A stretch of DNA of 64,000 nt from Escherichia coli. Lineage in GTDB: Bacteria; Pseudomonadota; Gammaproteobacteria; Enterobacterales; Enterobacteriaceae. Below the pieces are notes generated by a model. That model made no database searches. It was not told the DNA's origin and worked only from the letters and a program-made list of their open reading frames with translations. Below, in pieces: positions 39,364 through 53,587 of this stretch. The DNA lies in NCBI RefSeq assembly GCF_003334405.1, contig NZ_QOWM01000004.1; one strand, given 5' to 3'. The position numbers and the translations under genes are program-made. The first letter of the stretch is position 1. Every line of letters starts with the position of its first letter.

Positions 39364-40437
39364 TTAGCGGGAGTAACTGACGGCAGCGGGCAGTGAAGGC
39401 GGGGAGAACAACAGATCGCTGAATGCACGCTGTGAAAGTTTTCTTACCAGCAAGCCCGCAACAGTACAGATGAACAAACTGACAAAGGGATAAACCAGCA
39501 GGAGTGTCAGTTCGACTTGCGGCGACCAGCGTGCTGCGTTCATTTGCGCAAGCAGAGTTAAGCTGAATATTTCAACCAGAATGCGATGGGTGGTGTAGAT
39601 AGCAATGGTGTTGGAGCCAATCACATTCAGCAGGCTGGTGGAGCGCATACCGAATCGTTGCTCGTATTGATAAAACAGCTTCATGATCACCACAATCGAT
39701 ACCAGCGACAACAGCAGCGAGATAGTAAACAACCAGGCACCGACCGCCAGAACGGTAAGCAAAGAAGCCATCAGCAGATGGCGGCGCAACGGCACCTCTT
39801 TAACACAGGTCATTATTGTTGCGCCAAACCATGCGCCAAGGCTGTAATAAGGCAAATTGCGGATCACACTGTTCATTCCCCACCACGGCGTGGGAACGAA
39901 ATTAACCGCCACACTCAGCAGTACAAACAAGGCGAATAGTGGCAGCGCCAGACGGCTAAAAATTTTACATACCACGAAATAGACAATTAACGCATACAGA
40001 TACCACAAGCTGGTGCTGGCGGTGATCATCCCGTGCAGGAACTCACCGGTGGAATCGGCATAAGCGGCATTGGAGGCATTGCTTAAATCGCGCTCAGGTG
40101 CCAGCCACTGGTTCAGCGCACTTAACGCCAGCCACTGCACCACGCCCCAAAGCGCCAGCACCCAGAAGATGTTCCAGATCCGTTTATCGAGACAATTTCC
40201 CCACGGTACGCTGTCGATATAGCGGCGAATCAAATAGCCGGATATAAAGAAAAAAACCGGCATACGAAAGGGGGCAAGGTAAAGATTGAAATAGATCCAG
40301 CATTTGCTCAGGACTTCCGATAACGGATGCTGAAAAGTGGTCAGATGCGGATAAAAGGTAATGACCGAGTGATAAATCACCACCAGACAAATACATAACC
40401 CTTTGATCTGGTTAATCCATAGCTCTTTTTGTTTCAT
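39364..40437 (-). CDS. ycfT: inner-membrane acyltransferase-family protein YcfT
   Basis: 357-aa polytopic membrane ORF. Confidence 0.8.
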   Translation of the reverse strand: MKQKELWINQIKGLCICLVVIYHSVITFYPHLTTFQHPLSEVLSKCWIYFNLYLAPFRMPVFFFISGYLIRRYIDSVPWGNCLDKRIWNIFWVLALWGVVQWLALSALNQWLAPERDLSNASNAAYADSTGEFLHGMITASTSLWYLYALIVYFVVCKIFSRLALPLFALFVLLSVAVNFVPTPWWGMNSVIRNLPYYSLGAWFGATIMTCVKEVPLRRHLLMASLLTVLAVGAWLFTISLLLSLVSIVVIMKLFYQYEQRFGMRSTSLLNVIGSNTIAIYTTHRILVEIFSLTLLAQMNAARWSPQVELTLLLVYPFVSLFICTVAGLLVRKLSQRAFSDLLFSPPSLPAAVSYSR

Positions 40438-40587
40438 CAGGACAACACGCTCTTTTTTAATTTACATGCGGTTGATCCTGCGGGTTATGACCCGAGGTGT
40501 AATGGGTATCTGTCTGTATTGGATGATTTTTCAGATTAAGATCAGGCGGCAAGATTGATGATAAAACATGGCAATTTAGCCGATTGA

Positions 40588-43836
<3,249 letters not shown>

Positions 43837-43864
43837 AGGCAGTACATTAAAACAAGGAGCGGCA

Positions 43865-44776
43865 ATGTATTACGGGTTTGATATTGGTGGAACAAAAATT
43901 GCGCTTGGCGTGTTTGATAGCGGTCGGCAGTTGCAGTGGGAAAAGCGGGTGCCGACACCGCGTGACAGCTATGACGCATTTTTAGATGCAGTGTGTGAGC
44001 TGGTAGCTGAAGCTGACCAACGTTTTGGCTGTAAAGGTTCTGTCGGCATCGGTATTCCGGGAATGCCGGAAACAGAAGATGGTACGCTGTATGCCGCCAA
44101 TGTCCCCGCTGCCAGCGGTAAACCGCTGCGTGCCGACCTGAGCGCACGTCTTGATCGCGATGTACGCCTTGATAACGATGCCAACTGTTTTGCCCTTTCA
44201 GAAGCCTGGGATGATGAATTTACTCAATATCCACTGGTGATGGGGTTGATTCTCGGCACCGGTGTTGGCGGCGGGCTGATTTTCAACGGCAAACCGATTA
44301 CCGGTAAAAGCTACATTACCGGCGAGTTTGGCCATATGCGTCTGCCGGTTGATGCGTTAACCATGATGGGGTTGGATTTCCCGTTACGCCGCTGCGGCTG
44401 TGGTCAGCATGGCTGCATTGAAAATTATCTGTCTGGTCGCGGTTTTGCGTGGCTGTATCAACACTATTATCATCAACCGTTGCAGGCTCCCGAAATTATT
44501 GCGCTTTATGATCAAGGCGATGAGCAGGCAAGGGCGCACGTTGAGCGTTATCTGGATTTATTAGCGGTTTGTCTGGGAAATATCCTGACCATCGTTGACC
44601 CTGACCTGGTCGTCATTGGTGGTGGCTTATCGAATTTCCCGGCAATCACAACGCAACTGGCGGACAGGCTGCCTCGTCATCTCTTACCTGTAGCTCGTGT
44701 TCCGCGCATTGAACGCGCGCGCCACGGTGATGCGGGAGGAATGCGTGGTGCGGCCTTCCTACATCTAACCGATTAA
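43865..44776 (+). CDS. nagK: N-acetyl-D-glucosamine kinase NagK
   Basis: ORF trimmed to [18 protein letters not shown] (303 aa), ROK family. Confidence 0.9.
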
Positions 44777-44791
44777 ACAACAGAGGTTGCT

Positions 44792-45631
44792 ATGCTGTCG
44801 CGTCGGGGTCATCGGTTAAGTCGTTTTCGTAAAAATAAACGCCGCCTGCGCGAGCGTTTGCGTCAGCGTATTTTTTTCAGAGATAAAGTGGTGCCGGAAG
44901 CAATGGAAAAACCAAGAGTACTCGTACTGACAGGGGCAGGAATTTCTGCGGAATCAGGTATTCGTACCTTTCGCGCCGCAGATGGCCTGTGGGAAGAACA
45001 TCGGGTTGAAGATGTGGCAACGCCGGAAGGTTTCGATCGCGATCCTGAACTGGTGCAAGCGTTTTATAACGCCCGTCGTCGACAGCTGCAGCAGCCAGAA
45101 ATTCAGCCTAACGCCGCGCATCTTGCGCTGGCTAAACTGCAAGACGCCCTCGGCGATCGCTTTTTGCTGGTGACGCAGAATATCGACAACCTGCATGAAC
45201 GCGCAGGTAATACCAATGTGATTCATATGCATGGGGAACTGCTGAAAGTGCGTTGTTCACAAAGTGGTCAGGTTCTCGACTGGACAGGAGACGTTACCCC
45301 AGAAGATAAATGCCATTGTTGCCAGTTTCCGGCACCCTTGCGCCCGCACGTAGTGTGGTTTGGCGAAATGCCACTCGGCATGGATGAAATTTATATGGCG
45401 TTGTCGATGGCCGATATTTTCATTGCCATTGGCACATCCGGGCATGTTTATCCGGCGGCTGGGTTTGTTCACGAAGCGAAACTGCATGGCGCGCACACCG
45501 TGGAACTGAATCTTGAACCGAGTCAGGTTGGTAATGAATTTGCCGAGAAATATTACGGCCCGGCAAGCCAGGTGGTGCCTGAGTTTGTTGAAAAGTTGCT
45601 GAAGGGATTAAAAGCGGGAAGCATTGCCTGA
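44792..45631 (+). CDS. cobB: NAD-dependent protein deacylase CobB (sirtuin), long isoform
   Basis: 279-aa ORF; Arg-rich N-terminal extension then GAGISAESG Rossmann motif; a shorter isoform from an internal Met is possible. Confidence 0.88.
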   Translation: MLSRRGHRLSRFRKNKRRLRERLRQRIFFRDKVVPEAMEKPRVLVLTGAGISAESGIRTFRAADGLWEEHRVEDVATPEGFDRDPELVQAFYNARRRQLQQPEIQPNAAHLALAKLQDALGDRFLLVTQNIDNLHERAGNTNVIHMHGELLKVRCSQSGQVLDWTGDVTPEDKCHCCQFPAPLRPHVVWFGEMPLGMDEIYMALSMADIFIAIGTSGHVYPAAGFVHEAKLHGAHTVELNLEPSQVGNEFAEKYYGPASQVVPEFVEKLLKGLKAGSIA

Positions 45632-45721
45632 TGCACTACGCTTATCAGGCCTGCAAGGGGACGCAATTAATTGAATTTGCGGGTTTTGTGGGCCGGATAA
45701 GGCGTTCGCGCCCCATCCGGC
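45626..45721. repeat. REP/BIME elements
   Basis: GCCTGATGCACTACGCTTATCAGGC (overlapping cobB stop) and GGCCGGATAAGGCGTTCGCGCCCCATCCGGC between convergent cobB and ycfZ. Confidence 0.7.
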
Positions 45722-45750
45722 ATAATACACGCGCACTTTTCCGGCCTCTT

Positions 45751-46539
45751 TTATCGTTTACTCGTCAATAACAATGCGGCAATAAACGTACAGACACCAA
45801 TTAGCCCTGCCCAGAGTGGCGATATTCTGGTAATCGCAAAGCTATTATCGATATACAAACATAAAGCCTGATAACCCATATTGGCAATAGTCATCGCCAC
45901 TGCAAATTTTAACGCATAAATAAAACGAGTCGTGTAGTAAAAGATCCTGGAAAATAAGATAAACGTCGCAGCCCAGGCGATAAAACCTAATGTGTTGGTG
46001 CTGCCGGGGGGAGCATTTTCATGCTGTTGTCCTGGATGCGGATAATACGTTAGTGGCGGCGTCGATTGTTTTAATATCTGTGCTTGTAGAACAGCCAATG
46101 CATTATTGATTCCCTGATACCAGAGATCTGCATTTAAATAAGCCAGCGTGTGATTTTCTATCAGAAGGCCGAGATGTTTATCGTCCAGACCACTTTCAAC
46201 CTGGCCGTTGGTGATCATAATTAACCGTGGTTCGCGGGTAGTAAATAGTAACAGAACACTTCCTTTTACATCACTCAATGAAGATGACGCATGCGCCAGC
46301 ATCGCTTTACCATTTTGTCTGAGACTGGCTTCATTATTAATGTCGGGTAAAACCACAATAAACGGTGCAATTCCCGTTTGTTGGCGAAAAAGCTCGGCTT
46401 TATGCGCGATCTCTTCAGCATCTGGTACAGTACCGGTAACGTCCGTAAAAAGTGTCTTCATTATTGGAATTAATGGCTTGCTGGCTGCTGTCAGAGGCAG
46501 GAGTATCAGTAAACTGAGCAGTATAATGAATTTTTTCAT
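45751..46539 (-). CDS. ycfZ: inner-membrane protein YcfZ
   Basis: 262-aa ORF with signal/TM segments. Confidence 0.78.
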
Positions 46540-46997
46540 GGGCGGGACTTCCGTTTCCTGCGTGATTTTTTAGAGGAGGGCATACTTATTAATAAACCGA
46601 CGGCGATAAAAATAACGCCCATAATGCCGATAAACCCCCATTTAAAAAAATTAACCCACGGGTTATTTATCTCAGCCTTTTCAGGATGCCCGGGAGAATA
46701 ATAAACATTAACTTTATCGCCTTCGCTGTCTTCATAAAAATCGCTGCCGATACTCGAATTGAAAATTAGCGTGTAATCTGGCGTCGGTCGAAAGGCAACG
46801 ACGGGATACCACGAACCATCTTTACCCGTGCGATGAGAATGACTGGAGTGCCAGACGGTATCAACAATGACGCCTTCGGTATGAATCGCGTCTTTGCTAT
46901 AGGTGAACTGGTTATAAAAGACAACAACAGAAATGAGGATCAGTACCAGACCGATACCGAGGAATATACGAAAGAAAACTTTACTGTCCTGACTCAT
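46536..46997 (-). CDS. ymfA: inner-membrane protein YmfA
   Basis: ORF trimmed to [14 protein letters not shown] (153 aa); stop overlaps ycfZ start. Confidence 0.78.
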
Positions 46998-47054
46998 TAG
47001 CCACATCCTTGCTAACTAAAAAACGGGCGGTAATACCACCGCCCGCTTGCTGAA

Positions 47055-48101
47055 TTAACGTCCTGCTTTCAGCTTCTGATAATACTCTTCATAAATGCTG
47101 CTGGCTGCGCCAACGTCATTCTGCCATTCGCCATTTTTAATGGTTTCAGCATCCGGGTAGAGTGTTTTATCGTTCGCCACTTCTGGACTTAACAGCTTAC
47201 GCGCCGCAAGGTTTGGCGTTGGATAACCGATAGTTTCAGCAACCTGTTTTGCCACATCCGGGCGCAGCAGGAAGTTGATCAATTTCAGCGCGCCTTCTTT
47301 GTTTTTGGCATTTGCCGGGATCGCCAGGCTGTCCATCCAGAAAATGCCGCCTTCTTTCGGCCACACCACGTCAATTGGCGTACCCGCCTGGCGTGCAACG
47401 AAAGCAGAACCGTTCCAGATCATGCCGAGGTTAACTTCGCCTTCCATGTACGGGTTCGCCGGGTTATCGGAGTTAAAGGCTGCCACGTTTGGCATCAGTT
47501 TTTTCAGCTCGTTATATGCAGCTTCAATCTCTTTCGGATCGGTGGTGTTACCGGAGTAGCCCAGCTTACGCAGCGCCATCTGGAACACTTCACGGGCATC
47601 GTCGGTCAACAGCAGGCTGCCTTTGTACTCTGGCTTCCACAGATCGGCCCAGCTGGTGACAGATTTCGGATCCACCGCATCACCGTTAACACCAATCGCC
47701 GTCGCACCCCAGATATACGGAATGGAGTAGTCGTTATTCGGGTCAAAAGGCTTGTTGAGCATGTCTGGATCGAGATTGCTGAAGTTTGTTAACTTCGACT
47801 TGTCGATCTTCTGGATCATCCCTTCTTTACGCATTTTATCAACGTAATAGGTTGAAGGAACCACCAGATCATAGGCACCGTCTTTGTATGTTTTCAGCTT
47901 GGCGTACATGGTTTCGTTCGACTCGTAAGTCGAATAGATAACCTTAATACCGGTTTCTTTGGTGAACTGTTCAAGCAGTCCTGGCGGCACGTACTCGGTC
48001 CAGTTGTAGAAATACAGCGTGTTGTTGTCATCGGCGTGAGCGGCGCTCATGCCCAGTGCCAGAGCACCCGCCGCGAGCAGGTGGCGTGACCATTTTTTCA
48101 T
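47055..48101 (-). CDS. potD: spermidine/putrescine ABC transporter periplasmic binding protein PotD
   Basis: 348-aa ORF with signal peptide. Confidence 0.92.
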   Translation of the reverse strand: MKKWSRHLLAAGALALGMSAAHADDNNTLYFYNWTEYVPPGLLEQFTKETGIKVIYSTYESNETMYAKLKTYKDGAYDLVVPSTYYVDKMRKEGMIQKIDKSKLTNFSNLDPDMLNKPFDPNNDYSIPYIWGATAIGVNGDAVDPKSVTSWADLWKPEYKGSLLLTDDAREVFQMALRKLGYSGNTTDPKEIEAAYNELKKLMPNVAAFNSDNPANPYMEGEVNLGMIWNGSAFVARQAGTPIDVVWPKEGGIFWMDSLAIPANAKNKEGALKLINFLLRPDVAKQVAETIGYPTPNLAARKLLSPEVANDKTLYPDAETIKNGEWQNDVGAASSIYEEYYQKLKAGR

Positions 48102-48892
48102 TTAACGTCCCCTGTGTTACCTTTCGTTTTATCACGAGCAATAAGCTGGCTGGCAATAACCATCACCAGCGACAGCACCAGTAATATGGTTGCCAGCGCG
48201 TTAACTTCCGGCGATACGCCGACTTTGACCATCGAATAAATTTTTAACGGCAGAATTTCATAACTTGGTCCGGTGACGAACGAAGAAACTACCACATCGT
48301 CCATCGACAGGGTAAAGCTTAACACCCAGCCCGCCGCCACCGCTGGCATTGCCAGTGGCAGAATGATTTTTCGCAGAATGGTAAATTCGCTGGCACCGAG
48401 ATCTTTCGCCGCTTCCAGCATTCGCACGTCAAAACCTTTCAGGCGCGAATACACCGTCACCACCACAAATGGCAGGCAGAAGGTGATATGCGAGAACAGC
48501 AGCGACCAGAAGCCAAGCTGAATACCCAGCAGCATAAACAGCACCAGCAGCGAAATCGCCATCACGATATCTGGTGACATCATCACCACAAACAGCATTC
48601 CGCTAACGAACGGCTTACCACGAAAGCGATAACGGTACAGCGCAACTGCCGTCAGTGAACCGATAAGCGTAGCAAACGTCGCCGAAAACACCGCCATTGT
48701 TAGTGAATGCTGCGCTGCCTGTAACAGGCTGTCGTTGTTCATCAGCAGGCTATACCATTTGGTGGTAAAACCCTGCCAGTTGATGCCAAAGCGCGAGCTG
48801 TTAAAGGAGTTCACAATCAAAATAATGATTGGGATATACAGGTACGCGTAGATAGCGGTCATAAAACCGCCGCGAAGCAGTCGACCGATCAT
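48098..48892 (-). CDS. potC: spermidine/putrescine ABC transporter permease PotC
   Basis: 264-aa ORF with ABC permease EAA-like loop. Confidence 0.9.
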   Translation of the reverse strand: MIGRLLRGGFMTAIYAYLYIPIIILIVNSFNSSRFGINWQGFTTKWYSLLMNNDSLLQAAQHSLTMAVFSATFATLIGSLTAVALYRYRFRGKPFVSGMLFVVMMSPDIVMAISLLVLFMLLGIQLGFWSLLFSHITFCLPFVVVTVYSRLKGFDVRMLEAAKDLGASEFTILRKIILPLAMPAVAAGWVLSFTLSMDDVVVSSFVTGPSYEILPLKIYSMVKVGVSPEVNALATILLVLSLVMVIASQLIARDKTKGNTGDVK

Positions 48893-49716
48893 TCGAGTTC
48901 CACCTTCTTATTCAGCAAACGAGAAGCGCGCCAGTAAACCAGCAACATCAGGCCCATTACGATAGTCAGCGTAATGCTGGTAGCTGCACCAAACGGCCAG
49001 TCACGAATATTAAGGAACTGGACCTTGATGACGTTACCGATCAGCAGGTTTTTCGCACCGCCCATCAGGTCGGATACATAGAACAGGCCCATCGCTGGCA
49101 GCATCACCAGCAGACATCCGGCAATAATTCCCGGCATCGTCAGTGGAATAATGATACGGATAAAAGTCTGTAACTTGCTGGCACCGAGATCGCGCGCCGC
49201 CTCAAGCAACGGCTTATCCAGTTTTTCGATACTGGAGTACAGCGGCATCACCATAAACGGCAGCAGAATGTAAACCAGACCGATAATCACCGCACTGGGC
49301 GTGAACATGATACGGATTGGTGTGTCGATAACGCCCAGCCAGAGCAAAAACTCGTTGAGATAGCCTTTGGTGCTGAGGAAAATTTTCAGCCCGTAGATAC
49401 GAATTAATGAGTTGGTCCAGAACGGAACAATCAGCAGAAACAGCAGCAGCGGACGCACCTTGTGTGGCAACTTCGCCAGAAACCAGGCAAACGGGTAGCC
49501 CAGCACCAGGCAGGCGAGGGTGGCGATCAGCGCCATATTCAGCGAGTGCAATAGCACTTCAAAATAGAGCGGATCGAGCAGACGCGTGTAGTTATCCAGC
49601 GTAAAGACCATTTTGACAAAACTGGCGTCGTCGCGGGTCAAAAAGCTGGTGCCAATGATCATCAGGTTGGGCAGAAAGACAAACAACACAAGCCAACCGA
49701 CAATAGTGACAATCAC
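48889..49716 (-). CDS. potB: spermidine/putrescine ABC transporter permease PotB
   Basis: ORF 48889..49746 trimmed to GTG (275 aa); the upstream ATG at 49746 (285 aa) is the alternative. Confidence 0.85.
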   Translation of the reverse strand: MIVTIVGWLVLFVFLPNLMIIGTSFLTRDDASFVKMVFTLDNYTRLLDPLYFEVLLHSLNMALIATLACLVLGYPFAWFLAKLPHKVRPLLLFLLIVPFWTNSLIRIYGLKIFLSTKGYLNEFLLWLGVIDTPIRIMFTPSAVIIGLVYILLPFMVMPLYSSIEKLDKPLLEAARDLGASKLQTFIRIIIPLTMPGIIAGCLLVMLPAMGLFYVSDLMGGAKNLLIGNVIKVQFLNIRDWPFGAATSITLTIVMGLMLLVYWRASRLLNKKVELE

Positions 49717-49729
49717 TACATTCTGGAAC

Positions 49730-50866
49730 TTACTTGTGTTCTTCATCAGCCAGTACGACCTCCCAGCTTTCTACCCAATTAATGGCCATTTTTTGGTCGA
49801 GAGAGTGGTCAAAGTCAGGATCGTCTTCATTGAAGAATTCGCTGACCATCACCATCTTGCCATTTTCCAGTTCAACAACCGACTCCAGCGTCATGCCTTT
49901 GTAGTTACGCTCGCGAACGTAACCAATCAGCCCTTCAGCGTGGTTGTCGTCGTTAATCTCTTCAACACGTAAGTCTTCCGGGCGCAGCAGAACATGCAGT
50001 TTTTGCCCCGGTTCAACGGCGAAGTTAACGTAGATATTACATTCGCGGCCTTCAACGTTGGCGCGTACGCGCTGCTCGTCTAGACGTTCGATGACAGTGG
50101 CGTTAAACATATTGATTTCGCCAATGAAGCCGGCAACAAACAGGTTTTTCGGCTCTTCGTAGATTTCACGCGGCGTGCCGTCTTGCTCAATGCGACCATC
50201 GCGCATCACCACAATCCTGTCTGACATGGTGAGTGCTTCTTCCTGGTCGTGAGTCACAAAGACGAATGTAATGCCAAGCTTACGCTGTAACGCTTTCAGC
50301 TCGTTCTGCATTTGCTTACGCAGTTTGTAATCCAGCGCTGAGAGCGACTCATCCAGCAACAACAGACGAGGCTTGTTAACCACCGCGCGAGCAATGGCGA
50401 CGCGTTGCTGTTGACCACCAGAGAGCTGATGCGGTTTGCGTTGAGCGAAGGTTTCCAACTGCACCATCCGCAGGGCTTCCATCACGCGGGGCGTAATTTC
50501 AGCAGCGGGGGTTTTTTGCATGCGCAACCCAAAGGCCACATTTTCGAACACGGTCATGTGGGGGAAAAGTGCGTAGCTTTGGAAAACAGTGTTCACATAG
50601 CGGTTTTCCGCCGGAACGTGGGTGATGTCCTCGTTATCCAGCATGATGCGTCCGGAATCAACAGTTTCCAGACCTGCAATCAGGCGAAGAACGGTTGTTT
50701 TACCGCAGCCAGAAGGGCCAAGCAGCGTGAGGAACTCGCCATTGTTGATAGTCAGATCCAGCTGGGGAATGACCTCTTTACCATCAAAGCATTTGCGAAT
50801 TCCCGCCAATTGCACCAGCGGTGAAAGCGAACTCGGTTGTTTATTCAATTTTTTACTCTGTCCCAT
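49730..50866 (-). CDS. potA: spermidine/putrescine ABC transporter ATPase PotA
   Basis: 378-aa ORF; Walker [10 protein letters not shown], signature LSGGQQQR. Confidence 0.93.
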
Positions 50867-51115
50867 GTAAACGCAACGGATGGCTTACCGATGCGGGGTT
50901 TGTGGTTAACCACCTTGGTGACTCTTAATGAGGGCGGTAATTCTACGGCAAACCGCTTGAATCGCCAATCTTTGTTGTGAATTACTGGCTTAGCTTTATA
51001 TTCATTAAGGTAATGCTGATAAATATTCCCGCTTGCAGGGGTAAAAGTGACCTGACGCAATATTTGTCTTTTCTTGCTTCTTAATAATGTTGTCACAAAA
51101 AGTGAGGGTGACTAC

Positions 51116-52342
51116 ATGGATAAACTACTTGAGCGATTTTTGAACTACGTGTCTCTGGATACCCAATCAAAAGCAGGGGTGAGACAGGTTCCCAGCACGG
51201 AAGGCCAATGGAAGTTATTGCATCTGCTGAAAGAGCAGCTCGAAGAGATGGGGCTTATCAATGTGACCTTAAGTGAGAAGGGCACTTTGATGGCGACGTT
51301 ACCGGCTAACGTCCCTGGCGATATCCCGGCGATTGGCTTTATTTCTCATGTGGATACCTCACCGGATTGCAGCGGCAAAAATGTGAATCCGCAAATTGTT
51401 GAAAACTATCGCGGTGGCGATATTGCGCTGGGTATCGGCGATGAAGTTTTATCACCGGTTATGTTCCCGGTGCTGCATCAGCTACTGGGTCAGACGCTGA
51501 TTACCACCGATGGTAAAACCTTGTTAGGTGCCGATGACAAAGCAGGTATTGCAGAAATCATGACCGCGCTGGCGGTATTGCAACAGAAAAAAATTCCGCA
51601 TGGTGATATTCGCGTCGCCTTTACCCCGGATGAAGAAGTGGGCAAAGGGGCGAAACATTTTGATGTTGACGCCTTCGATGCCCGCTGGGCTTACACTGTT
51701 GATGGTGGTGGCGTAGGCGAACTGGAGTTTGAAAACTTCAACGCCGCGTCGGTCAATATCAAAATTGTCGGTAACAATGTTCATCCGGGCACGGCGAAAG
51801 GAGTGATGGTAAATGCGCTGTCGCTGGCGGCACGTATTCATGCGGAAGTTCCGGCGGATGAAAGCCCGGAAATGACAGAAGGCTATGAAGGTTTCTATCA
51901 TCTGGCGAGCATGAAAGGCACCGTTGAACGGGCCGATATGCACTACATCATCCGTGATTTCGACCGTAAACAGTTTGAAGCGCGTAAACGTAAAATGATG
52001 GAGATCGCCAAAAAAGTGGGCAAAGGGTTACATCCTGATTGCTACATTGAACTGGTGATTGAAGACAGTTACTACAATATGCGCGAGAAAGTGGTTGAGC
52101 ATCCGCATATTCTCGATATCGCCCAGCAGGCGATGCGCGATTGCGATATTGAACCGGAACTGAAACCGATCCGCGGTGGTACCGACGGCGCGCAGTTGTC
52201 GTTTATGGGATTACCGTGCCCGAACCTGTTCACTGGCGGTTACAACTATCATGGTAAGCATGAGTTTGTGACTCTGGAAGGTATGGAAAAAGCGGTGCAG
52301 GTGATCGTCCGTATTGCCGAGTTAACGGCGCAACGGAAGTAA
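51116..52342 (+). CDS. pepT: peptidase T (tripeptide aminopeptidase)
   Basis: ORF trimmed to [18 protein letters not shown] (408 aa), M20 family. Confidence 0.9.
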
Positions 52343-52350
52343 GCGAAAAG

Positions 52351-52375
52351 GGATGCGGCATGTGATGCCGCATCC
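52351..52375. terminator. palindromic hairpin between convergent pepT and roxA (probable bidirectional terminator)
   Basis: GGATGCGGCA-tgtga-TGCCGCATCC 10-bp stem; weak flanking T/A runs. Confidence 0.4.
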
Positions 52376-52390
52376 GGCTTAAATCCAAAC

Positions 52391-53512
52391 TTACCCTTCG
52401 AAGAACCAATACCCGCTATTGACCAGCGCCGCGAGCATCGCGAGGAATGACGGATCTTCCAGCGCATCGCCAAAATTCTCCGCAGTCAGCGCAATGTTGC
52501 TGGCGAGTGCATCCAGTGCCGGACGGTGCGGGGAATCGATCTTCTCACCATTGGCATACACGTCGTCGCCAATGCGCAATACGCGCAGACCACCCAGGCG
52601 CACCAGCACTTCACCTTGTTTCAGCGCATCGTAGATTTCATCCGGCTGATAAGGCGGCTCTGGCGGCGCGATATCCAGTTCATGACGTGACTGGGATATA
52701 AACTCGCCAAACCATTGCTTAAAGTGTTCCGGCTGGTTGATCAATTCGAGCATCATCTCACGCAGTTTATCCATCTCTTGCGGCAGAACATCCGCAGGAT
52801 GAGCGCGAGGTGGAACATCCGGATCGCTGTAGTAGTTGCCGCCCAGTTCACGTTGCAGCACATAATCGGCAAATCCACTAATCAGTTCCCGCGTATTTGG
52901 CGCGCGAAAGCCCACGGAATAGTTCATCGCATTTTCCAGCGCGTAGCCTTCATGCGGGAATCCTGGCGGAATATAAAGAATATCACCAGGCTCCAGCTCT
53001 TCATCGATGATGGCTTCGAACGGATCGACCTGTAACAGATCCGGATGTGGGCAGTGCTGTTTCATTTGCAGCTTTTCGCCCACTCGCCAGCGACGACGTC
53101 CGGTACCCTGAATGATAAACACGTCGTACTGATCGAGATGCGGACCGACGCCGCCGCCGGGTACAGAAAAAGAAATCATCAGATCATCAATACGCCAGTC
53201 CGGTAGTTCACGGAACGGTCGCATCAGCGCGGCGGTCGGCTCATGCCAGTGGTTCACTGCCTGTACCAGTAATGACCAGTTGGTTTCACCGAGATGATCG
53301 TAGCTTTCGAACGGGCCGTGGCTGACCTGCCATTTGCCATCCTGGTGACTGACCAGTCGACTGTCAACTTCGCTTTCCATCGCCAGACCCGCCAACTCGT
53401 CTGGAGAGATCGGGTCAATAAAATTATTAAAGCCGCGTTTTAACACCACCGGGCGTTTCTGCCAGTGACGTTCAAGAAAATCGGGCCAGTTAAGAGTGAG
53501 TTGGTATTCCAT
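52391..53512 (-). CDS. roxA: ribosomal protein L16 Arg81 hydroxylase RoxA (YcfD), JmjC/cupin
   Basis: ORF trimmed to MEYQLTLNWPDFLERHW (373 aa). Confidence 0.85.
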   Translation of the reverse strand: MEYQLTLNWPDFLERHWQKRPVVLKRGFNNFIDPISPDELAGLAMESEVDSRLVSHQDGKWQVSHGPFESYDHLGETNWSLLVQAVNHWHEPTAALMRPFRELPDWRIDDLMISFSVPGGGVGPHLDQYDVFIIQGTGRRRWRVGEKLQMKQHCPHPDLLQVDPFEAIIDEELEPGDILYIPPGFPHEGYALENAMNYSVGFRAPNTRELISGFADYVLQRELGGNYYSDPDVPPRAHPADVLPQEMDKLREMMLELINQPEHFKQWFGEFISQSRHELDIAPPEPPYQPDEIYDALKQGEVLVRLGGLRVLRIGDDVYANGEKIDSPHRPALDALASNIALTAENFGDALEDPSFLAMLAALVNSGYWFFEG

Positions 53513-53587
53513 GTTAAGCATCCACAGGCTGGTATCTGCAACCGATTATAACGGATGCTTAACGTAATGCGTGAAGTATGGGCATAT

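Noticed and set aside
50867-51115. FNR/CRP site in the potA-pepT divergent promoter
   Set aside because: pepT is known to be anaerobically induced, but only partial matches (TTGAATCGCCAATC, TGTCACAAAAAGTGAG) were seen, none close to consensus; not called.
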